From Azolla caroliniana (lineage: Eukaryota; Plantae; Polypodiophyta): a stretch of 64,000 nt of DNA. The stretch lies in assembly GCA_043228905.1 (NCBI GenBank), contig JBHGNT010000011.1:1116001-1180000 (forward strand). Reading direction: 5' to 3'. How positions within the stretch are numbered: position 1 is the stretch's first letter; every line of letters begins with the position of its first letter. The notes beneath the pieces are model-generated. The model was not told where the DNA came from and did not search any database. It saw nothing but the letters and a program-made list of their open reading frames with translations. Below are positions 13,906-26,680 of this stretch, one piece after another. A program made the position numbers and the translations under genes.

Positions 13906-14129
13906 ATGAACAAACAAATGGGAAGCTCGCTCCCTAGCGAAAAGCTGGACCGAAGCAACTATTCATCTTGGGAGTACAAGATGAATCAATACCTTGTCGG
14001 CCAAGGGTATTGGAGCTACATCAACGGCGCACAAGAAAGCAAACCCGAAACCACACACGCCAACTACCCAACGTGGGACAAGGCACGAGTTGGGTAATGT
14101 ATTGCTTGGCAACATGTGTAAACGACCAC
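13906..14129 (+). pseudogene. Copia-1 gag N-terminus, cut by the Gypsy-1 insertion
   Basis: EKLDRSNYSSWEYKMNQYLVGQGYWSYI is a typical Copia gag N-terminus. It continues at 24208. Confidence 0.85.
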
Positions 14130-14500
14130 TGTTGGCCGGTCAGAGAAGGCAAATGGGAAAGCAAGGTCGGATCGGATAAATATAGAAATAGGAATAGAAT
14201 TATTAGGAGGGACGGATCCGGTAGTTGTAACCGATCCGGATCCGAACCGATTCGGTTTCGGTTAACGGTTGCCTACCGAGCACCGATTGTAATCTGGCCG
14301 GATGCCTATAAAAGGATCCGATGTTTTGTAATGAAGTGACGAAGAATTAATATAGTTTTGCTTATGCTTATTGATCTTGTCTTCGTCTGTGCTTAAGTGT
14401 AATTATCATACGCGTGTATTAACATCCTATCCCTACCACCCCTTTGGAGAAGTGTCGGATAGACACCTGTGTTGCGGCTAGTCCAGCCATACATACAACA
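14130..14500 (+). repeat. Gypsy-1 5' LTR
   Basis: TGTTG...CAACA; identical to 23837-24207. Confidence 0.97.
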
Positions 14501-14552
14501 CTATTTTGGCGACCACGATTCCTGCAGAGTGCAGAGGACAACCGGGGGATGG

Positions 14553-17500
14553 ATGTCTAGACAAAACAACGACCACCTCACCGAAAGAGGGAGACGCCAC
14601 GCCGAACGACAGCGACGACGGGAAGCCCTGCAACAAGCCGTCGACGAAATCCGGCGCGATCGGTCATTCTCAAAAACGCTTCGGCAAATCGCAGAAGAAG
14701 CACTGCAGTTCCAGGTTCTACAAGCTTCTGACGAAGGCAGTAGCATAACCAGCCTCCAAGAAGCAGAGACACTACTACAGACTCTCGCCGGCGGCGACGG
14801 GGACGCAGCGGCATTTGCAACATTAGAGGCGGATTCGGATAGCGGGGAAAGCGTGGGATCCCGTTATAAAAGCAGCCACGAGAACAACCCCTTTGAGTCG
14901 GATAACTCGGCAACATCGGAGCCAGAGGAGGAAATAACTCTGGAGTTCGGTGACCGGCAATCGCCGAGGAGGGAGGAGCGGTTATCAACACCACCCGCGG
15001 AGGAACCGCAGGAGCGGTTATCAACACCACCCGCGGAGGAACCGCAGGAGCAGATACCAACACCACTCGCGGAGGAACCGCAGGAGCGGATACCAACACC
15101 ACCCGCGGAGGAACCACAGGAGCGGTTATCAACACCACCCGCGGAGGAACCGCAAGAGCGGATACCGACTTCGGAGGAACCAGCGCAGGAGAATCAGTGG
15201 GACGACACGATGCCGTATCCGTACCCAAAGTATCGGGATGAGCCCGACGGAGAGGCACATGTGTATGCATTCCTGCGAACATGGGAAGCCAACCACGTGT
15301 CCCAGAGACTGACGGAGCCCGAGGCCGACCGATCCAAAGTCGCCGAATTCGGCATGACATTAGAAGGACCGGCGGCCCGGTGGCACGCAAAGCACTTACC
15401 AGGCAGCTTCGCCACGTTCGAGGCATTGAAAACCCAGTTTTTACGCCTGTTTCATAGACGAGTGGAACAAAGGGAATTGGTCGGACAATTCTACACCACC
15501 CGGCAGGGAGAAAATGAGACGGTCCCACAATTTATCATTCGTTTCCAGACCTTGCACAGTCAATTAGCAAGAGCACCACCCGAAGAGGAGGCCAAGGCAG
15601 TCTTTTTGGCTGCGTTGAAAGAGCCACTTCGAGCGATGTGTGGAATCCTCGATTTCAGCACCAGCACAATGGACCAAGTCATTGATCGGGTCCTGGAAAT
15701 GGACAACACGAGCCCCTTCTTGCCGATGGGGGCGTTACACCAGGCGCTTCCGAAGGAGGAGGACCTCCGGTTCCGACAAGCCCTACAATGCACAACATGC
15801 CTAAATTCGGGGCACTCGACCGTCGACTGCACCCTGCGTGCACAGTGCATGATATGCAATTCTCGCGCCCACACAACGAACCGATGCGAGTATAGCCTGT
15901 TAACTCGACAAGCGGCACCGGTCCGACACATAGAACCGCGCAACCGGGACCCGGAAGAGGATCGATTCCGGAGGGACGACCGCTACCGACGAGAACGCGG
16001 CGACAGATAACCCGATAGAAGACGCGACAGCTATGACCGAGAGGAGAACCGCAGGGATAGCTACCCCCGGGACCGGTACGACCGAGACGAATCCCCGGAA
16101 TATGAGCGACGCAGAGAAGAAAGGCGGCCAGGGAACCGGAATTTCCGACGGAACCAAAGGCGTGGATTTTTCCGTAGAGAGGAGCGTCGGGAGGCAACAA
16201 GGAATGACAAACCAGTAGCGGCACCGGAGAACCGAAAAACCGAGGACAACCGCCGGGGAATGCCCCTTCCCCAAACATGGGAAAAAGGAGAATCCAGCAA
16301 CACACACAGGGTGTACTGTTATTACTGCCGAAAAGAGGGGCATTACAGTAATCAATGCCCAAGCAAAACAACCGACAAGCAGCCGGCAGTCAACATGGTG
16401 ACAGTCGAAGTACAGTAGGTTACCACGCGGTCGAAGGGGAAGGCCGCCGAATGGGAAGCCCAGGAAGCAATTAGAAAACAAGCGGCACAATGGATCAAAG
16501 AAGCCAACGAACAAGGTGCGGCGGAAGTAAGAGACCAAAATATGCCAAAGGATGAGGAAATCGTACAGCCAGGAGAAAACCCGACATGGCAAGCATTACA
16601 AGATTGTCAGATCGTGCTGCCGTTGGCACGGTTACTGCAGTTGGTGCCGCGGTTTACAGCAGACTTACAAGCCGCTGTGAGCAAACCGACGCCGACGCCA
16701 GCACCGACGTTTTTCTCCAACCCGGAGGAAGGCCCAGCGGTGGTCGATACCAGTAGCCCAGCAATCACGACAATCGTCAAAGGAAAGGAGATTCCAGGAA
16801 CAATTATTGACGGAGGCTCCGGGGTGAACGTCATCAGTCGACAGACATGCGAAGACCTAGGCATCCAGGAGTGGGAACCATGCCCCTTCTGGTTACGCAT
16901 GGCGGATACAAGCTCAGTCCGACCAACCGGTCTTATCCGGGACTTGGAAGTAACGATAGGAGGCCACGTATTCCGGATATCGGCCGTGGTACTAGAGCTG
17001 AATGTACAAGGCGCATATCCCCTACTGTTAGGACGACCATGGCTGCGAACGGCGCATATCAAGCAAAACTGGCAAAAGAATATGATCACGTTCCGACGAG
17101 GGAAAACAAAGGTACGGGTAGCCACGCAACTACGGGTGCTCACTAGCAAGGAGGCAACCCCTTTATATGCCGAAAGCATCAACATGTTGGAGGGCTTACC
17201 GGATGAGGAAGTTGATCGGTACCTCGAAGAACACCCACAGATCGTCCCACTTTTTGAGGTGGATATCACGGCAGCAGTAGAGCCGTACATCACAATGCCG
17301 GACGAGCCGGACAAAGCGGCGATCCGGGAACTACGCCAAGCACAGGAAGCCCTAGAAAGAGAAATGACGATATCCCAAAGGGTGAAAGCATCCCAGCTGG
17401 AAGAGGTGAACCTCGGCACAACAGAACAACCCCGACCGGTAAAAGTCGCGAAGGAATTGCCGAAGGAGGAAAAACAGGCAATGGTAGCACTGTTAACGGA

Positions 17501-20360
17501 TTTCAAGGACGTGTTCGCATGGTCATACGAAGACATGCGAGGGCTGGACCCCCAGCTCTACCAGCACCAAATTCATCTAAGTACTGACGCGAAACCCATC
17601 GCTCAACGCCGGTACCGGATGAATCCAAACTATGCGGCAAAGGTGAAGGAGGAAATTGACAAGCTTCTCCGGGTCGGATTTATCCGACCAGTCAAGCAGG
17701 CAACCTGGCTGAGCCCGATAGTCGTGGTCCCGAAAAGGAACGGCAAAATCCGGGTATGTGTGGACTACAGGAAACTAAATGCCGCGACAGTGACCGACGC
17801 TTTTCCACTACCATTCACGGACGGAGTGCTAGATGCGGTGGCCGGCCACGAAGTTTACAGCTTCCTGGATGGATTCAGCGGCTACAACCAAATCCGAATG
17901 AACCCGGCCGACCAAGAGAAAACAGCGTTCGTGACGGAATGGGGAGTGTTCGTCGCGGTCGTGATGATGTTCGGATTAAAGACAGCCCCTGCAACATTTC
18001 AAAGGATAATTATGGAAATCTTCGGGGATTTTATTCCCGGTTTTATGCAGGTCTTCCTAGACGATTTCGCCGTCTACAGCCGACACGGAGAGCATTTCGA
18101 TCACCTACGACTATGCTTAGAAAAGTGCCGCGAGTACCGATTAAGTCTGAACCCGGCTAAGTGCGTCTTTGGAGTCGCAAGCGGCAACTTGTTAGGGCAC
18201 GTGGTGAGTCGGGAAGGAATCGCGGTAGATCCGGATAAAGTAAAGGCAATTCTCGACGCACCGGCACCGAATAACGCAAAGGCTTTAAGCCGATTCCTTG
18301 GTCAAATAAGGTGGCATAGTTGGATGATACGGCACCTTGCCTACTTTGCTACACCATTGCACGCTGCTGTACATAGAGTACCTTTCCAATGGACAGAAAC
18401 GGAGGAGAAAGCCTACCAAGCGTTGAAGGTCATGCTGTCACAAGCTCCGGTGGTGCAGCCGCCGGACTGGAGTAAAAGCTTTCACGTCTTCGTCGACGCC
18501 TCGGACGTAGCAATCGGCAGCGTTTTGATGCAACTCACGGAACCGAAATGGTATCGGCCGGTGTACTACGCAAGCAGGAAACTCTCGAAAGCCGAACGGA
18601 ACTACTCTACAACGGAACGAGAGGCATTAGGAATGGTGTACAGTGTCACAAAGTACAGGCACTATCTGCTCGGACGAAAGTTCTCCTTCCACGTTGACCA
18701 CTCGGCACTACTCTACCTGGTCTCAAAGGCAGCCCTGACAGGAAAACTCGCACGATGGACGCTGCTATTACAGGAATTCGAATTCGACATTTTCCACCGA
18801 CCCGGGGTGCAGCATGCGGTAGCAGACTACCTGAGCAGACTAGAATCTGGAGAATCAGGGGACGGCGTACAGGACGAATTTCCCGACGCCGAGCTGTTTA
18901 GGGTCACGGCGGCACCGACAACGGAGGCCACAGTAGCGGACGAAGACAAATGGTTAACCGAAATGCATCAGTTCCTGAGCACCGGAGTTCCCCCGGAAAA
19001 CCTGGATCGAGACGAACGGAAAAGGATGGCAGTACGGAGCAGACATTTCTGCTTGGTAGGAGACACCCTCTATCACAAGGGGGCAGATGGCGTATGGAGG
19101 CGAGCAGTGCGGAGCGATGAAAAGGATCTGATCCTGAGGGAAGCCCACTGTGGAATTGCAGGCGGGCATTATGCCGGCGAAACAACAGCCCGGAAGATAT
19201 GGCAGAGCGGACTATGGTGGCCGACTACCATGAGAGATGCCGTTAAGTATAGCAGGGAATGCGACCTGTGTCAACGACTGGGCCAACCCACGGAGCAGGC
19301 CCGGATGCCACATCACCCGGTCTTGCCATTAGAACCATTCCAAAAGTGGGGCTTGGACTTTGTCGGCCCCTTCAAGCCTTCGGCAATGCGGACCGGAAAT
19401 CGGTATATAATAGTGGCTACCGACTACTGCACCAAATGGGTAGAAGCAAAGGCACTACGGGACAACACGACGGCGTCCACAGCCAAATTTTTATACGAAT
19501 GCATATGGTGTCGGTACGGATGCCCGATTGAGCTGATCAGTGACCAGGGAGGACATTTCCTCGGGAAGGTGGTGGAAAGTTTGACATCATTCTATGCGGT
19601 AGTACACAAACGAAGCACTCCCTACTACCCTCAAGCCAACGGATTAGCGGAATCAACAAACAAAACGCTACAGAACATCCTTAGAAAAATCGTCAATGAG
19701 AACCGGACCGACTGGGACACGAAGTTGCAGAGCGTGCTGTGGGCGTACCGAACGGCGTACAAGACCAGCATCCGGACGACCCCATTCCGACTGGCATTCG
19801 GCTTGGAAGCAGTCATGCTAGTAGAATTCCAAATTCCTAGCTTAAGAATACAGGTTAAGGAGCGGTTAAGCGAGAAGGAATCTGAACGAACCCGGATGGA
19901 GATGCTGTTGGAACTGGAGGAAAACCGAATGGCCAGCCTGCTACAGCTAGAACTAGAGCAAAGGAGGAGGAAAGCCTTTGTAGACCGACACCGGCGCGGT
20001 AACGAAAAGGAATTCGAGGTCGGGAAACCTGTATTACTGTTCCAGACAAGGATGGGGAGCATGCCAGGGAAATTGCGATTTCGGTGGACCGGACCATTCT
20101 GGATCACAAAGGAGTACAATGGGTCTTACCAGCTCGGGACGTTGTCAGGAGAAGTTGTGGGCAAATGGGCAAATGGGTTTCGCCTAAAACCGTATAAGGG
20201 GCACATGCCAGCTAACCCCTTCAAGCAAGACCCGGACATCCTGAATGGCGAGGAACCGACACAGATACGGAGGACCGAGGAGCCGACACCGACGCGTAAC
20301 AACGAGGAACCGACAACAGGGCGCACCGACCCGAACACATCGGGGGGAACCGAACAATGA
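14553..20360 (+). CDS. Gypsy-1 gag-pol, one frame interrupted by TAA 16008-16010 and TAG 16416-16418
   Basis: Gag with CCHC knuckles (CTTCLNSGH, CMICNSRAH, CYYCRKEGH), protease IIDGGSGVN, RT FLDDF, RNase H VDAS...DH, integrase HHCC + D,D35E + GPF. The ORFs at 14469 and 16542 are in the same frame. Confidence 0.9.
14975..15190 (+). repeat. 39-bp coding tandem repeat in gag (ERLSTPPAEEPQ-type 13-aa units, about 5 copies)
   Basis: Directly visible in DNA and protein. Confidence 0.9.
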
Positions 20361-20524
20361 TGCGGCATATGCTTTAAAAAAAAAAAATAAAAATAAAAAT
20401 GATGATGACGTGGTGCTACGGTCAAGAAAATTCAAGACAAGAAGATCAAGAAAATCATGGTAATGATGAAGGAGGTAGTTACAACCGTCACACGGGTGCA
20501 CGAGCTATTTAAAGCACAGAACGT

Positions 20525-20830
20525 GGGGGGCCGATGTACAGGATTTAAAACGCGCGTCAATTAAGGAGTCATAATGACAGACACGTAGGAGATTCGACAC
20601 ACGCGGCAAAGAAGCGCAAGCATGACACGCGGCAGCAAAAATAGGACATGCTATTCATGACAGAGCATGCGCAGGCGCCAAAAATAGGACATGCTATTCG
20701 AGGCAGAGGACGTGCAAACGCCAAAATTAAAGAGTGACATGCTAATTATGGCAGAAGATACGCACGCGCGAAAAACAGGAAAAGGCGGCTCGAGGGAAAC
20801 GCCACTATATAAAGGAAGAACCGGAGAAGG
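20525..20830 (+). promoter_or_regulatory. Putative internal promoter cassette for the Gypsy-1 extra ORF
   Basis: PPT-like GGGGGGCCGA + TG at 20525-20536, duplicated AAAAATAGGACATGCTATTC motif (~20637, ~20680), TATATAAA 20806-20813 about 140 nt before ATG 20949. Confidence 0.45.
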
Positions 20831-20948
20831 GTTCACTTTTTACGAATTTTCCCACAAGCAAACGCAGGCTCAAGACAGCGAGATCCGACGCGCAGAACAC
20901 CTACACCCCGACCTCAGACCACAGGCAGCAGCAGACGAAGAAGAAGCG

Positions 20949-23786
20949 ATGGCACTGTCGGAAGGAGCGCGACAATGGCTGACGGAGAACGGATTAGGAG
21001 GGCTGCTGCGGGTCGCTGACGCTCCACCACACAAGGAACCAGAGCAGGCGGCAACAGTAGTGGACCTGGCAGAAGTCACCGAAGGAGCGGTACAAGCGCT
21101 CACCGGGATTGCGGAGGGTGGACTTCAGACAATAGAGCTACCCTCGAGCCAAATATTCTTCGAGTATTTCGGCGAATACTCCCTTAGCAGCAAGGCGTAT
21201 CGCACACAGGGCGGAGAGAACCTGCTGTTCGGAGAGGTGGCCCGCGCCCTGATGGAGTATGGGTTCGTGAACCCTCGTCCGCCAACCATAGCCAAATACC
21301 GAGCAGCGATCGTCATCGCGACATTCGAAGGCCTGCAGGTGGACTGGCTCCACTTCATTACCGAAGGACTGAAAGAGGCGACCAAGCACTTGGTGGAAGG
21401 GAAGAAGCCATGGGCCGGAATATCCCAATGGTTAACCGTGTTGGTCCCACCGGCGTCCCCCATCAAGCACAAGAAAAGAAGTCGGCAGGAGACTACGCCG
21501 AAGCCAACCATGAAGCGCCGACGAATCCTAGAGAAACACACTCCAGGATGGACACAGGAAGAAGAAGCGCCACGGGAAGAAGACTCCTCCCGACGGCAAC
21601 GGGAGGAAGGCCCATCACGGCAGCCAAAGAAACAGCAACAGCAAACAGCCACGAAGAAGAAAGAGGCGGAAAAAGGCAAGGAGAAGCTGGCGAAGAAGAC
21701 CAGCAAGAAGCAAACCGACCCCGAACCAATAACGCTCGAATCGGAACCGATAGTCGCACCGACGAAGGACGCTGAAACAGAGGAAGACTCATCCGAACCG
21801 ATGTTAATACTACCAACCAGGCGAGGAAAGGAGAAACGGGCGACAAGACCGACCCCAACAGCGGACGGAACTCAGCAACGGGCAAAAGAACCGCCTCCAG
21901 TAACCGGAACAGAAGCGACACAGGATGAAGGTCCGTCTGCACCAAAGACGGCAGTACCGGAACCGACGGCGGCGGAGTTCGAAGAACAAAGAAAGGAACA
22001 AGCGCCGGAGCAAGAGAAGAGGCCGGAGAAACAGCCGGAGCTGGGCACGCCTGCTGACACCGACGAAGGCAGAACAAAGGCACAATGGCTAAGGTGGTTG
22101 TCAGGGCAGTTGTCGGGAGTGGCAGACCAGATGGAGAAAGAGGAGGAGCAAAGGGAACAAGTGACTAGGACGACGACTAAGGATATGGTCATGCTCCGGG
22201 CACAATTACATCAGCTGCAAGAAGAGCTAGCACAGGCAAAAGAAGGCAGCCGACAAGCACAAGATGGCATCGAGCCGGTCGGGACATCAGAAAAGCAAGC
22301 CGAACCAGAAACGGAGAAGGAGAAGGCCTTGCAAACCGGCCCTGAGACCGAGAAGTTAATAGCAACTTTGAAAGAAGAATTACAGGCTCAGGAGGCATTG
22401 AGAGATAACGAAAGGGAGCAGCGGAAGTTGGTAGAAGACGACAGACGGCGAATGGAGGAAGGCCTTCGCCGAAGCAAAGCCACCAATGACCGACTACAAG
22501 AAGAAAACGGGACGCTGCAAAAGGAAAAAGATAGGCTGCGCCGACGAATGGAGCAGGAAATCGAGCGGTTGCGAGAAGAACTCCGACAACAAAAGGACCG
22601 GGATGATCGGTTGCGAGCTCAGGCGAATCGACGCCTAAAACAGAAGACGGAGGAATTCGACCAACTATGTAAGGATTATAAACAGGCCACGTCGGACATC
22701 AAGAATCAGGCAGCAACGTACGACCGACAGATAGAGAAGCTGAAAGAGCAGCTCAAGGAAAACCGCTTGGAATTGTCCAAAGCAAGGGAGGAAGTATCGG
22801 CGGAGAAGACCTTGACGTCGGAACAAAGAAAGGAGATGGAAGTACTTCGGCAGAAAGTAGGGGAACTGACAAAGAGCAGGAACGAGGAAAAAGTGAAGTC
22901 GACTTTCGAAATCAACAAATGGCGGAGTACCTGTGACAAGCAAAAAGCTGACTCTGAAGCTCAAGCTCAGTTAATGGCCGACATCATCAAACGGATAAGG
23001 AAGGAAAAACAAGCAGCTTCGGAACAGGCTAAAGCAGGGGTTGGCCGAATTAAGTTCATCATGTCAAGTTGGAGTACCCGAGCTCAGGCCAGCATAAATG
23101 AAAGCACGGAGAAGCTCTGGAGGGAATGGGCACAACAGGCAGCTGAACTGCAGACACTCCGAGCTGATGCAGAAAATCGGAGGAAAACCGGAGATGGGTT
23201 CTATAAAATGGACGAAGAAAGTATTGTCAACATCCGGGAAGAACTGTCGGAGGATTTCTATGCTCTAGCAGAAGAGCATCTCAAGGAAATCCGAGGGTTA
23301 GTAGAGAGGTTGGATGACGGGCAGCTCGAAACCCAACTAGAATTGGAAGGGTACGAGAAGGACCGACTGCGACAGGAAGCCGAGGGACACACAACGCCGA
23401 TCTCCATCAGTGAGGGCGAGCGACCGGCTGAAGAGGACCCAACCGACAACGCACCCCGACAAGAATTACCCGAGGAAGAACTTCCGGAGCAAGAACAGGT
23501 TGATGCCGGGGATGATGCAGAGTGGAGACAGGAAAGTACCGAATCCGGGGAGGAAAGGACACAACCAGTGGAAACCGGAGAGAGCGATACCGGGAACGGA
23601 ACGGAGGTAGAGCAGGACAGACCCGGACAGGATACAAAAGAAACACCGGTACCACCGGTACAAGCAGAGTCGGAGCAGCAAGATGCGAAAAGGCAGCCAA
23701 TCCAATCGGAAGTCGGAGACGGCACAGGCAAGACAACACTTGAAACCTCTGAGCGGAGTTTGCCGGATAATTTGGAGGAAGACTGA
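20949..23786 (+). CDS. Gypsy-1 extra ORF (frame open from 20691): helical N-terminal domain, basic linker, long coiled coil, acidic tail
   Basis: Uninterrupted ORF of ~945 aa from ATG 20949, lying between integrase and the 3' LTR. VDWLHFITEGL motif; E/K/R/Q heptad-rich region ~22180-23380; no obvious transmembrane segment. Confidence 0.85.
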   Translation: MALSEGARQWLTENGLGGLLRVADAPPHKEPEQAATVVDLAEVTEGAVQALTGIAEGGLQTIELPSSQIFFEYFGEYSLSSKAYRTQGGENLLFGEVARALMEYGFVNPRPPTIAKYRAAIVIATFEGLQVDWLHFITEGLKEATKHLVEGKKPWAGISQWLTVLVPPASPIKHKKRSRQETTPKPTMKRRRILEKHTPGWTQEEEAPREEDSSRRQREEGPSRQPKKQQQQTATKKKEAEKGKEKLAKKTSKKQTDPEPITLESEPIVAPTKDAETEEDSSEPMLILPTRRGKEKRATRPTPTADGTQQRAKEPPPVTGTEATQDEGPSAPKTAVPEPTAAEFEEQRKEQAPEQEKRPEKQPELGTPADTDEGRTKAQWLRWLSGQLSGVADQMEKEEEQREQVTRTTTKDMVMLRAQLHQLQEELAQAKEGSRQAQDGIEPVGTSEKQAEPETEKEKALQTGPETEKLIATLKEELQAQEALRDNEREQRKLVEDDRRRMEEGLRRSKATNDRLQEENGTLQKEKDRLRRRMEQEIERLREELRQQKDRDDRLRAQANRRLKQKTEEFDQLCKDYKQATSDIKNQAATYDRQIEKLKEQLKENRLELSKAREEVSAEKTLTSEQRKEMEVLRQKVGELTKSRNEEKVKSTFEINKWRSTCDKQKADSEAQAQLMADIIKRIRKEKQAASEQAKAGVGRIKFIMSSWSTRAQASINESTEKLWREWAQQAAELQTLRADAENRRKTGDGFYKMDEESIVNIREELSEDFYALAEEHLKEIRGLVERLDDGQLETQLELEGYEKDRLRQEAEGHTTPISISEGERPAEEDPTDNAPRQELPEEELPEQEQVDAGDDAEWRQESTESGEERTQPVETGESDTGNGTEVEQDRPGQDTKETPVPPVQAESEQQDAKRQPIQSEVGDGTGKTTLETSERSLPDNLEED

Positions 23787-23836
23787 AGCCGGCTGTGGGT
23801 TCGAAGTGCAATGCACTTTCCCACGGGCGTGCCATG

Positions 23837-24207
23837 TGTTGGCCGGTCAGAGAAGGCAAATGGGAAAGCAAGGTCGGATCGGATAAATATAGAAATAGGA
23901 ATAGAATTATTAGGAGGGACGGATCCGGTAGTTGTAACCGATCCGGATCCGAACCGATTCGGTTTCGGTTAACGGTTGCCTACCGAGCACCGATTGTAAT
24001 CTGGCCGGATGCCTATAAAAGGATCCGATGTTTTGTAATGAAGTGACGAAGAATTAATATAGTTTTGCTTATGCTTATTGATCTTGTCTTCGTCTGTGCT
24101 TAAGTGTAATTATCATACGCGTGTATTAACATCCTATCCCTACCACCCCTTTGGAGAAGTGTCGGATAGACACCTGTGTTGCGGCTAGTCCAGCCATACA
24201 TACAACA
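23837..24207 (+). repeat. Gypsy-1 3' LTR
   Basis: Identical copy of 14130-14500, followed by TSD ACCAC. Confidence 0.97.
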
Positions 24208-26680
24208 ACCACATGCTTAGCCACATTCGTGACGCCAAGACGCCCAAAGTGGCGTGGGAAAATCTCAAGAAGATTTTCGCCGCGGACACATTTGCGCGCA
24301 AGCTTCAACTCCGGCAAGAGTTGAACAACATACGACAAAAAGAAATGTCCGTGACAGACTACACCGCCAAGATCAAGAGCATTTGCGACTCTCTTGGCTC
24401 CATCAACGTCAACATCGACGAGGACGAGATGGTGCAAGTATGCTTGGGCGGCCTCGCACAACGATTCAACCCGTTGAGAATGGCAATCTTGGCGAGAGAT
24501 ACCCCTCCCTCGTTCTTCAACCTCCAATCAATGCTATTGGTTGAAGAAAACCATGTTCAACCAAAGACCAACACATCGGAAGGACAAATGCTCTTCTCCG
24601 ATACGGATGGTGCCCATAGACGAGGTCGACACGGAAGAGGTCAATTCGACCTATCCCACGAAGGGAATTCACAATTTCGGCAAGGAAACGGAAGCCATCG
24701 AGGAACCCTCACAAGAAGGGGGAGCTTCCACGCCGAACAAGGTCGGCGAACGACGCCACCTACATGCAACTATTGCGGCAAAATCGGCCATCGTGAAGAG
24801 GAGTGCCGAAAAAGACGAAGCGAGTCGGCCTCAACAAGCCGGCAACTCACAAATTACGCCGCGAACGCGGAATACGCGGACTACGGTGGACTCTTCGTGA
24901 TGAGGCATAGAGCGAACTCTATGATGGCCTCCGATCCCGCAAACTCCGCAAGCACCTCCAACTCCGAACACGCGTGGTTTGTAGACTCCGGTGCCTCGCA
25001 CCACATGACGTCGCACCAAGAGTGGTTTCGCGACTTGCGAACGCCGGATCAACCCGGCTACATAGAGATCGGAGACGACACTCCGCATCCCATTCGGCAC
25101 ATCGGCGATGTCCCATTCGGGAAAGAAGGCGAGCAAACTTGCATCAATAATGTCTTGCACGTGCCCACAATAACAAAGAATTTGGTCTCGGTCGGCCAAA
25201 TCGTGGAGCAAGGCATGCAAGTCCGCTTCAACAATGAAGGTTGCTTCATCGAGAAAGACGACTAACTCATAGCCAAGGGACGGAGAGACGATCGCTTGTT
25301 CATCGTCGACTTAAACGAGGTAATATCGGCCATGTACGCCAAAGGTCTCAAGACCGAGACAAACATCGAGTTGTGGCACAAGCGAATCGGCCACGTAAAC
25401 CTCCAACGGCTTCGCGGAATGCAATCAAAGGGAGTCGTAATCGGACTTCCGGCCTTCGAATCGAAACAAGTCGACCGAGTGTGCGAAGCATGCCAACTCC
25501 GCAAACAACATCGACTCCCATTCCCGAAGGAGAGCTCCGCAAGCAAAGGCCTCCTTGACATAATCCACTCGGATGTATGGGGACCGGCTCAATCGCCGAC
25601 GCTCGGCGGATGCCGCTACTACGTCACCTTCATCGACGACCACTCGCGCTATGCATGGATATAACCGATGAAGAAGAAGAGCAAAGTGCTCTCCCACTTT
25701 CAAAGGCTCAAAAGCAAAGTGGAGAAAGAAACCAATCGGCACATTCGATGCCTACGATCGGACGGAGGAAAGGAGTACTTCTCCGACGAGTTCACCTCTT
25801 ACCTCCAAGGTGAAGGCATTCGTAGAGAATTCTCATGCCGACACACTCCCCAACAAAACGGAGTAGCTGAGAGAAAGAATCGGCAAATAATCGAGGTAGC
25901 ACGCGCCATGATGCGTGAGAAGCATATGCTGAACTTCTATTGGGCGGAAGCGGCATCCACGACCGTCTATCTCATGAATCGATGCACCACAAATAGCGTG
26001 CACGAGCTTACTCCATACGAGATCTTCGTTGGAAGAAAGCCCATCCTCTCGCACCTCAAGGGGTTCGGAAGCATTGCAAATGTACGCATCCCGAACGAAA
26101 ATCGAGAGAAGCCCGACGCGAAGTCGGAAGAATGTATCCTCATAGGATACTTGTCCGCGAAAAAGGCGTACAAATGCTTCAACCCTTCGACTCGAGCAGT
26201 GCGGATAAGTCGCGACGTCGTTTTCGATGAATCGGCATCTTGGTATAAGCCCGATGTGACTCCATCCGACCCGATCGAGGAAGAGTTGAATGCCAACTCG
26301 GACGACGAAACTCGGCCAAGTCCTCCACCGAAGGACAATCTAAGCTCTACCGAGCTAATTGGCCCACAAGAGCCTCCACGCGATGAAAACACGTTGCGGC
26401 CAAGTCCGACACCGGACAAAGGCAAAGGTAAGATGCCTGAATATGAAGTCGAGGTCCACCCCGACGACCGTGATTCGGATGATTCGGCTCCCTCATTAGA
26501 CAGTGAGTTCGGTGTACCCATCATGAGGACACCCGGAGTAAAGAAGGCGCTCACATCAACAAACGAGAAACTCCGCCGCTCATCACGAGCGAAGACCCAA
26601 GTCACTCGTTACACCTACAACGAGTATATGGCCCATCACTATGCCCTCACGATGAAGGTAGTGGCTGAACAAGAGCTTGA
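24208..26680 (+). pseudogene. Copia-1 gag-protease-integrase with in-frame stops, ending before RT
   Basis: CNYCGKIGH knuckle, WFVDSGASHHM protease, LWHKRIGH/CEACQ, IHSDVWGP, RSDGGKEY, PQQNGVAER, ISRDVVFDE. No RT motifs between here and the PPT. Confidence 0.92.

Larger units (their letters stand above)
14130..24207 (+). mobile_element. Ty3/Gypsy non-chromovirus LTR retrotransposon (Gypsy-1), ~10.1 kb, with an extra 3' ORF
   Basis: 371-bp LTRs 14130-14500 and 23837-24207, identical by eye. TSD ACCAC (14125-14129 / 24208-24212). PBS TGGCGACCAC 14507-14516 (tRNA-Arg-like). Order PR-RT-RH-INT; no chromodomain and no additional RNase H seen. Confidence 0.96.

Noticed and set aside
20691-23786. 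env gene / endogenous retrovirus
   Set aside because: No signal peptide or transmembrane segment visible; the protein is hydrophilic coiled coil.
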